In this document: positions 55,179 to 60,779 of the stretch, one piece after another
Layout of the letters: the number at the start of each line of letters is the position of its first letter
Position numbering within the stretch: position 1 is the first letter of the stretch
NCBI GenBank assembly: GCA_007130265.1
Contig: SLST01000023.1
Location: forward strand, 1-60,779
Reading direction: 5' to 3'
Source of the DNA: Spirochaetales bacterium
GTDB taxonomy: Bacteria > Spirochaetota > Spirochaetia > DSM-27196 > SLST01
Length of the DNA: 60,779 nucleotides
Notes under the pieces: generated by a model
Databases searched by the model: none
The model's input: only the letters and a program-made list of their open reading frames with translations
What the model was told of the DNA's origin: nothing
Translations under genes and position numbers: made by a program

Positions 55179-56601
55179 CCCCGCCGATCGACAGGTGCTT
55201 CGTTTCGAGGAACGCTTCCATGCCCTCGGCGCCGAGCTCCCGGCCGAGGCCGCTCTCCTTCATGCCGCCGAAGGGGCAGTTGCTCGTCGAGGGGACCGCG
55301 TCATTCAGACCGATTGTGCCCGCCTCGAGGAGCTCCGCGAGTCGCCATGCACGGTTGAGGTCTCTCGTATACGCGTACGCGGCAAGCCCGTAACGCGTAT
55401 CGTTCGCGCTCCTGATCACCTCGCTCTCGCTGTCGAAGGGAACGACAGGCGCGATTGGGGCGAACGTCTCCTCGCGCATGCAGAGTGCGCCGGCGGGAAC
55501 GTCGGCGATGACGGTCGGCTCGAGGAAGAACCCCTCAGCCCCCTCCCTCGCGCGCCCGCCGCAGAGCACGCGAGCCCCCGACGACCGCGCGTCGTCGATG
55601 TGGGCAAGCGCGTTCTCGAGCGCCGCCTCGTTGACCACGGGTCCGACGTCGGAGCTCTCGTCGAGTCCGTAGCCGACCTTGAGCGCGGCGGTGCGCTCAG
55701 CGAAGGCTTCGAGAAACGCCTCGTAGACGGGCCGCTCGACGTAGACCCGGTTCGAGGCGATGCACGACTGACCCGTGTTGCGGAACTTCGTCACGAGTGC
55801 TCCCTCTACGGCGAGGTCGAGGTCGGCATCCGCGAACACCAGGAGCGGTGCGTGCCCGCCGAGCTCGAGCGAAAGGTTAGTGACCGTCGCCGCCGATTTT
55901 GCGATGAGCAGCTTCCCCACCTCGGTGGAGCCGGTGAAGCTGACTTTGCGCACCGCGGGATTCTCCATGAACTCATCGACGATCGGCTCGGCGGGCCCGG
56001 CGATCACCTGGAAGACCCCGGGCGGGATGCCCGCCTGTTCGAAGCATTCGGCCAGCACGAGCGCGCACAGCGGTGTCTGGCGCGCGGGCTTGAGGATCGC
56101 CGTACACCCCGCGGCGAGCGCCGGGGCGGCCTTTCGAACCGAGAGGACGAGCGGGAAGTTCCAGGGCGCGATCAGTCCCGCCACCCCTATCGACTGCTTG
56201 AGGATGAGGTGCCGCTTGCCGTCGGCCTGATGCGGTACGACACGACCGTAGGCCCGGCGGGCCTCCTCCGCGAACCAACGGAGGTGGTCGATCGCGACGC
56301 TCACCTCGCCCCGGCTCTCGCGCAGCGGTTTGCCGTTCTCGCGGGTGATCGTGCGCGCAAGCTCCTCACCGCGCGTGCGCAGAGCCTCGGCAACGGCGAG
56401 CAGATAATCGCCCCGCGCGAGTCCGGTGAGACCCCTCCAGCCCGGAAGACTCGCTGCGGCTGCCTTGATCGCGCTCCTGGTGAGATCAGGCCCGGCCGAA
56501 GCAACGGTGGCGATCGCCCGGCCGGTGCCCGGATCGATCACTTCGAACGAATCGTCGGTACCGACCCACCGACCCTCGAGGTACAGCTTCTTCGCCGTCA
56601 T
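55162..56601 (-). CDS. NAD(P)-dependent aldehyde dehydrogenase, succinate-semialdehyde dehydrogenase (GabD)-like
   Basis: PWNFPL, FTGSTEVGK, ELGGHAP, catalytic GQSCIASNR. ATGA overlap with the upstream aldolase gene. Confidence 0.88.
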   Translation of the reverse strand: MTAKKLYLEGRWVGTDDSFEVIDPGTGRAIATVASAGPDLTRSAIKAAAASLPGWRGLTGLARGDYLLAVAEALRTRGEELARTITRENGKPLRESRGEVSVAIDHLRWFAEEARRAYGRVVPHQADGKRHLILKQSIGVAGLIAPWNFPLVLSVRKAAPALAAGCTAILKPARQTPLCALVLAECFEQAGIPPGVFQVIAGPAEPIVDEFMENPAVRKVSFTGSTEVGKLLIAKSAATVTNLSLELGGHAPLLVFADADLDLAVEGALVTKFRNTGQSCIASNRVYVERPVYEAFLEAFAERTAALKVGYGLDESSDVGPVVNEAALENALAHIDDARSSGARVLCGGRAREGAEGFFLEPTVIADVPAGALCMREETFAPIAPVVPFDSESEVIRSANDTRYGLAAYAYTRDLNRAWRLAELLEAGTIGLNDAVPSTSNCPFGGMKESGLGRELGAEGMEAFLETKHLSIGGVTGSP

Positions 56602-57242
56602 CGCGGCACCCGTTCCCAGTCCTTGAGAAACTGCTCGATGACCGCGTCGGTCAATGGGTGTTCGTAGAGCTGGAGCATGACGTCGTAGGCCATTGTGCAG
56701 ACGTCGGCGCCCATGAGCGCGGCGTCGAGCACGTGCATGGGGTGGCGGACCGCGGCGACGAGCAGCTTCGTCTCAAATCCGTAGTTGTCGTAGATCCGCC
56801 GGATCTGGCGTGCGACCTCCGTGCCGTCGTGTGAGATCGTGTCGAGCCGGCCGACGAAGGGGCTGATATACGTCGCTCCCACCTTCGCCGCGAGGAGCGC
56901 CTGCGAGGCGGAGAACGTCGTGGTCACGTTGGTCCTGATGCCTTCGGCGGCAAGCCGGTTGACCGCGATGAGGCCCTCCTTGATGACCGGCACCTTGACG
57001 ACGACGTTGTCGGCGATCGATGCGAGTTGGCGGCCCTCCTCGACGATCGCGTCGGCCTCGAGCCCCACGGCCTCGAGGCTGACCGGTCCGTCGACGACGC
57101 GGCAGATCTCCGGGTAGAGCTCCCGCGGGGTTGCCCCCGTCTTCGCTACGTGAGTGGGGTTCGTCGTAACTCCGTCGAGCAGGCCGAGTCGCTTGACCTC
57201 CTCAATCTGGGCGAGGTCTGCGGTGTCGAGAAAGAAGATCAT
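56598..57242 (-). CDS. Short (class 3B) transaldolase / fructose-6-phosphate aldolase family protein
   Basis: MIFFLDTADLAQIEEV...GVTTNPT...VVKVP (Schiff-base Lys)...YISPFVGRLD; 214 aa. Confidence 0.9.
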   Translation of the reverse strand: MIFFLDTADLAQIEEVKRLGLLDGVTTNPTHVAKTGATPRELYPEICRVVDGPVSLEAVGLEADAIVEEGRQLASIADNVVVKVPVIKEGLIAVNRLAAEGIRTNVTTTFSASQALLAAKVGATYISPFVGRLDTISHDGTEVARQIRRIYDNYGFETKLLVAAVRHPMHVLDAALMGADVCTMAYDVMLQLYEHPLTDAVIEQFLKDWERVPR

Positions 57243-57284
57243 GGGGCATATCCTGCCACGTCAGGCGACTCCGGTCAAACAGGT

Positions 57285-58268
57285 CTACCCGTGCGGTCCC
57301 AGGAGCGACCGCGCGAACGTGGTCTCGGCGTCCCGCGAGGCGTATCCGCGCGAGTCCGGCCGGCGCTCGAGCGAGAGGATCCAGGCGACCGTCTCGTCAA
57401 TCCGCTGCTGCACCGGCGCCGGACGATAGCCAAGGTCACGCCGCGCGGCGGCGATGTCGGGGATAGAGTCGAATCCGAGGTAGCCCGGGCTGAAGCTCTC
57501 GAGTCCCGGGGCACGACGGGCCTCGGCGACCGGGCATGCGACGATCGGGGAGCTGCTGTCGGCCGCCGTGCGCACCATGTCCGCATAGTCGTAGAGCGTG
57601 AAGATCTCTTCCCCGCCGAGGTTGTAGACGCGATTGTACGCCGCCTCGTTGGCGAGCGCCGCGATGAAGGCGTTCGCGACGTCTTCGGCGAAGACGATTC
57701 GGAGCAGGATGTCCGGGACTTCCCTGGGAATCAGTACCGGCCCCCCGTCGAGGAAGCGCTGGAGGTAGTACCATGCGTGCATGGCCGGATCACGCGGGCC
57801 CTCGACGACGGTCGGGCGGAAGACGGTGACAGGCAGGTCGTCGGCAGACTTGTCCCACAACACTTCCTCGAGCGCGCGCTTGCCGTCACCGTACGCCTCG
57901 CCGACCCGCTTGGTGAGATCAGCCTCCTCTTCGTAGAGCACCCGATAGCGCGGCACATCCTTGTAGACCGAGACGCTCGAGCAGACCAGGTACTGCCCGC
58001 ACCGGCCGCGCAATGTGTCGTACGCAAGCCGCGCATGGTCGGCGGTGAAGGCGATGTTGTCGATCACTGCGTCGAAATCGCCGGACGCGAGCGACTCGCG
58101 AAACCCCTCTTCGTCGTTCCGATCGCCCGCCATGTGCGACACTTCGCCGAGGATCGCCGGACGCGATTGCCCCCGCGAGAACACGGTGACGTCATCTCCG
58201 CGCTCGACGAGCTTCTCAACGATGCGCAGCCCGAAGAAACTTGTGCCGCCGATCACCAAAACCTTCAT
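57285..58268 (-). CDS. NAD-dependent epimerase/dehydratase family protein (SDR extended)
   Basis: MKVLVIGGTSFFGLRIV Rossmann motif; YxxxK-type region (AYGDGK). GGGAGGG lies 6 nt upstream. Confidence 0.85.
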   Translation of the reverse strand: MKVLVIGGTSFFGLRIVEKLVERGDDVTVFSRGQSRPAILGEVSHMAGDRNDEEGFRESLASGDFDAVIDNIAFTADHARLAYDTLRGRCGQYLVCSSVSVYKDVPRYRVLYEEEADLTKRVGEAYGDGKRALEEVLWDKSADDLPVTVFRPTVVEGPRDPAMHAWYYLQRFLDGGPVLIPREVPDILLRIVFAEDVANAFIAALANEAAYNRVYNLGGEEIFTLYDYADMVRTAADSSSPIVACPVAEARRAPGLESFSPGYLGFDSIPDIAAARRDLGYRPAPVQQRIDETVAWILSLERRPDSRGYASRDAETTFARSLLGPHG

Positions 58269-58384
58269 CTCGGCCCTCCCACCTGCGGGTGTCCAACCTC
58301 AGCCAAAGATAGGCATCCGTGAAGCGAGGGAGCAAGCGCGGCAGGCATCCTTCCCAGAATACCGCGGAACAGATATCGTGCCCC

Positions 58385-58950
58385 ATGCAGCGATCCAACG
58401 ACGAGCACCTGCGGTGGCGGGAGATCGAGTCCCGCGCCGTCCACGACGCGATGATCTTCACCGTGCATACGTCGACGCGCTCCGCGCCGGATGGCCGTGA
58501 GGCGGACTACACCCTCGTCGATTCGCCCGACTGGTGCAACGTCATCACTCCCGTGCGGCGCGAGGACGGAGTCGAGTGCCTCGTCCTTGCGCGGCAATAC
58601 CGGCACGGTGCCGATTCCGTCACGATCGGGTTTCCGGGAGGCCTCGTCGACGAAGGCGAGGCTCCGCAGACCGCGGCTCGCCGCGAGCTCGAGGAGGAAA
58701 CCGGCTACACGGCGCACGACAAAGGTCGCCCCGGCGGCTCGACGAGAACGAGCTTCTCGACGTCGTCCTCGTTCCCGCTCGTGAGCTCCTCGATCTCGTG
58801 CCGCGCGAGTTTCACGTGCACGCCGTGATGATGAACGCGCTCTACTGGTACCGGCTCTTCCTCGAGGATGGGCTCGGGTACGATGAACGAGTCGGTCGAT
58901 GGAACCGAGGGCACCGACCGCCGCGTCCCGGCTTCCGCCACGGTGACTGA
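58385..58950 (+). pseudogene. NUDIX hydrolase (ADP-ribose pyrophosphatase-like) disrupted by an internal deletion and frameshift
   Basis: The N-terminal part with Nudix box [24 protein letters not shown] is in one frame up to about 58715. The family-typical C-terminus [20 protein letters not shown]...NALYWYRLF continues in another frame from about 58737 to the stop at 58950. About 30-35 aa expected between them are missing. Confidence 0.65.
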
Positions 58951-58996
58951 ATCGGGCCGATCCGCTACAATCGTCCATCGAGCAGGAGGTACGCGT

Positions 58997-59266
58997 CTGA
59001 ACGCCATAGTAACCGTCGTGGGCAACGACAAGGTCGGCATCATCGCGAACGTGAGCGCCTTTCTCGCCGAACGGTCCATCAACATCGAAGACATCAGCCA
59101 GACCGTTCTTTCGGGCAATTTCGTCATGATGATGATGATCGACCTGTCCGGATCGACGAAGCCGCTCGCCGCGGTCAAGGAGGAGCTCAGCGAGCTCGGT
59201 GAAGCTATGAACGTGTCGATCAGCGTCATGCACGAGCGGGTCTTCTCCGCGATGCACCGCATCTGA
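58997..59266 (+). CDS. ACT-domain protein, UPF0237 family
   Basis: LNAIVTVVGNDKVGIIANVSAFLAERSINIEDISQT...HERVFSAMHRI matches the ~89-aa UPF0237 family end to end. The inferred CTG start at 58997 has a perfect AGGAGG 7 nt upstream. Confidence 0.8.
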   Translation: MNAIVTVVGNDKVGIIANVSAFLAERSINIEDISQTVLSGNFVMMMMIDLSGSTKPLAAVKEELSELGEAMNVSISVMHERVFSAMHRI

Positions 59267-59275
59267 GGTCCGGCG

Positions 59276-60253
59276 ATGCTTTTCACCGCGCACGAGATCA
59301 AGGAGACGGTGGACATGTTCCTCCGTCACAAGCTCGATATCAGGGCGATCACCCTTGGTGTATCACTGCTCGACTGCGCGGCGGCGACCGGCGAGGCGAC
59401 GAGGGAGCGGATCCGCGAGAAGCTCCTGCGAGTCGCCGGGCCGTTGGTGACGGTCGGGGAGGCGATCGAGACCGAGTACGGGGTGCCGATCATCAATAAG
59501 CGCGTTTCGGTGACACCGATCGCCCTCGTCGCTGCTTCCGCCCGTGAACGCGATATGAGTCCGTACGCGAGGCTGCTCGACGGTGTCGCGACGGAGCTGG
59601 GCGTCGACTTCGTCGGCGGGTTCTCCGCGCTCGTGCAGAAGGGGTGTGCCGAGGCAGACCGACGGCTGATCGAGTCGATCCCTGAGGCGCTCTCGACGAC
59701 CGAGCGCGTGTGCGGGTCGATCAACCTCGCGAGCACGAAGTGCGGAATCAACATGGATGCGGTGCGGCAGATGGGCGCGATCATCAAGGAGGCGGCGCGG
59801 CGCACCGCGTCGCGCGATGGGATCGCCTGCGCGAAGCTCGTCGTCTTCTGTAACGCCCCCGAGGACAATCCGTTCATGGCAGGGGCCTTCCACGGGCCCG
59901 GCGAGGCTGAGTCGGCGCTCAATGTGGGTGTCTCCGGCCCGGGCGTCGTGAAGGCCGCGCTCGAATCGCTACGCGGGGCAGGCTTCGACGAGGTGGCCGA
60001 GGCGATAAAGAAGACCGCCTTCAAGATCACCCGGATGGGGCAACTCGTAGGGTCGGAGGCCGCGCGACGGTTGGGGGTGCCGTTCGGGATTCTCGACCTC
60101 TCGCTCGCGCCGACTCCCGCGGTGGGAGACTCGGTCGCGCGTATCCTCGAGGAGCTCGGGCTCTCGACGGCCGGTGCTCACGGTTCGACCGCCGCGCTCG
60201 CGCTCCAGTTCCTCTCCGACGGCTTCCGGGAGCGCTTCGACCGGCGCCGCTGA
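59276..60253 (+). CDS. UPF0210/DUF711 family protein, 3'-truncated (family homology ends at about 60205)
   Basis: [34 protein letters not shown]...[15 protein letters not shown]...[10 protein letters not shown]...HGSTAALAL is colinear with ~450-aa UPF0210 proteins. After AALAL the sequence diverges and stops 16 codons later, so about 130 aa are missing. Confidence 0.75.
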   Translation: MLFTAHEIKETVDMFLRHKLDIRAITLGVSLLDCAAATGEATRERIREKLLRVAGPLVTVGEAIETEYGVPIINKRVSVTPIALVAASARERDMSPYARLLDGVATELGVDFVGGFSALVQKGCAEADRRLIESIPEALSTTERVCGSINLASTKCGINMDAVRQMGAIIKEAARRTASRDGIACAKLVVFCNAPEDNPFMAGAFHGPGEAESALNVGVSGPGVVKAALESLRGAGFDEVAEAIKKTAFKITRMGQLVGSEAARRLGVPFGILDLSLAPTPAVGDSVARILEELGLSTAGAHGSTAALALQFLSDGFRERFDRRR

Positions 60254-60308
60254 GGCCCTGGCGCCACCGCGGCCGGTGGGCACGGCCTCGGCGGGGCGGC
60301 GGGAACGT

Positions 60309-60647
60309 ATGATCGCCCGCATGGCCACCTGGCTCCTGAGTGCCGACGGACAGCTCGTGAACCTCGACAACGTCGAATACCTGGACGTCCTCGACGTCTT
60401 CGCGGAGGACGCGCCGGCCGAGGAGGTCGCCGCGGGCGAGCTCGAGCCCGCCTACAGCGAGCTCGTCGCCTTCCTCGCCTCCGGCAACGAACTCGTGCTC
60501 TTCGACGACGAGGACGCGGACGTGGTGATGCACGCGTTCGAGCTCCTCAAGACCTACCTCGCCTCGCCCTCCTTCGAGGCGGTCCACGCCGGGCAGGTGG
60601 TGTCGGTGCAGGACCTGGTGGATCGGGCGAGCGCCAAGAAGAACTGA
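60309..60647 (+). CDS. Acidic hypothetical protein
   Basis: 112-aa ORF with very high GC3 and coherent acidic/hydrophobic composition (MIARMATWLLSADGQLVNLDNVEYLDVLDVF...). No recognisable domain. An alternative ATG lies at 60321. Confidence 0.5.
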   Translation: MIARMATWLLSADGQLVNLDNVEYLDVLDVFAEDAPAEEVAAGELEPAYSELVAFLASGNELVLFDDEDADVVMHAFELLKTYLASPSFEAVHAGQVVSVQDLVDRASAKKN

Positions 60648-60659
60648 TCGGGTCGCTCG

Positions 60660-60779
60660 TCAGCGCGCCGACGGCTCCTGGTGCGCCGCATCGAACCGCT
60701 CCACCGGGCCGCCCAACGAACGCGTGATCGACGCCGCGGCGTCGAGCACCGCCGCCTCCAGGCTCGGCAGGGCGTCTTC
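60660..60779 (-). CDS. 3' end of an unidentified gene (partial, continues beyond the window)
   Basis: The minus-strand frame is open from the window edge to the TGA at 60662-60660 (..EDALPSLEAAVLDAAASITRSLGGPVERFDAAHQEPSAR*). GC3-rich. Too short for a functional call. Confidence 0.3.
   Translation of the reverse strand, partial: EDALPSLEAAVLDAAASITRSLGGPVERFDAAHQEPSAR

Noticed and set aside
59127-59140. An (ATG)4 trinucleotide run encoding MMMM inside the ACT-domain gene, considered as a possible slippage-prone microsatellite.
   Set aside because: Only four units, in frame. The corresponding region in UPF0237 homologues is also hydrophobic and Met-rich. There is no evidence of phase variation.
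1-60779. A scan of the whole window for tRNA, rRNA or tmRNA genes, CRISPR arrays, IS elements, integrases, prophage genes, and known defence systems (RM, TA, CBASS, retron RT, Cas).
   Set aside because: Nothing was found by eye. There are no T-loop GGTTCGAATCC-type motifs in a tRNA context, no periodic repeats, and no transposase, integrase or RT motifs in any frame. The NTase-like ORF at 32618 lacks the catalytic Asp pair and has no effector context expected for CBASS.

Overview
High-GC (visually about 63-66%) bacterial chromosomal segment, densely coded on both strands. All calls come from reading motifs in the supplied translations and the DNA; no homology search was run. I place about 57 protein genes.

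The content is mostly core metabolism and housekeeping:
- glnS (5'-truncated by the window edge), metH, gap, panE-like, and a dus-pcm-THUMP methyltransferase operon
- a heterodimeric ABC exporter, guanine deaminase, Lhr and RecQ helicases
- sufT-sufC-sufB-sufD-Rieske, Sua5/TsaC, an OmpR/HK pair, a GabD-like ALDH coupled to a Tal/FSA aldolase, UbiB, and LMW-PTP coupled to a fructosamine kinase

I saw no rRNA, tRNA, CRISPR array, transposase, integrase, restriction-modification, toxin-antitoxin or recognisable phage-defence hallmark. I cannot point to a clear-cut novel system.

The modules most worth follow-up:
1. A translationally coupled ComFB-domain/DUF3592/2-TM operon (24.4-26.0 kb).
2. An Hpt-REC-REC-GGDEF cyclase apparently co-transcribed with a degenerate NTase-like protein and an HExxH lipoprotein (30.9-35.1 kb).
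3. An 81-aa ORF coupled to lhr.
4. A REC-like/anti-sigma-kinase-ATPase/cNMP-binding fusion (41.4-42.6 kb).
5. A sulfotransferase coupled to a single-domain asparaginase-like protein.

Two window-wide observations:
- Many first-in-operon genes have a -10-like hexamer only 5-11 nt upstream of the start codon and no Shine-Dalgarno, suggesting leaderless or near-leaderless mRNAs.
- The last 2.5 kb holds two damaged genes: a NUDIX gene with an internal deletion and frameshift, and a UPF0210 gene whose homology stops at about 60,205. After that point the sequence becomes more GC-rich, which suggests an assembly chimera or a recombination junction.

Taxonomy is not determinable from here. It is a diderm-like, chemotactic organism, possibly Spirochaetota-like (low confidence).
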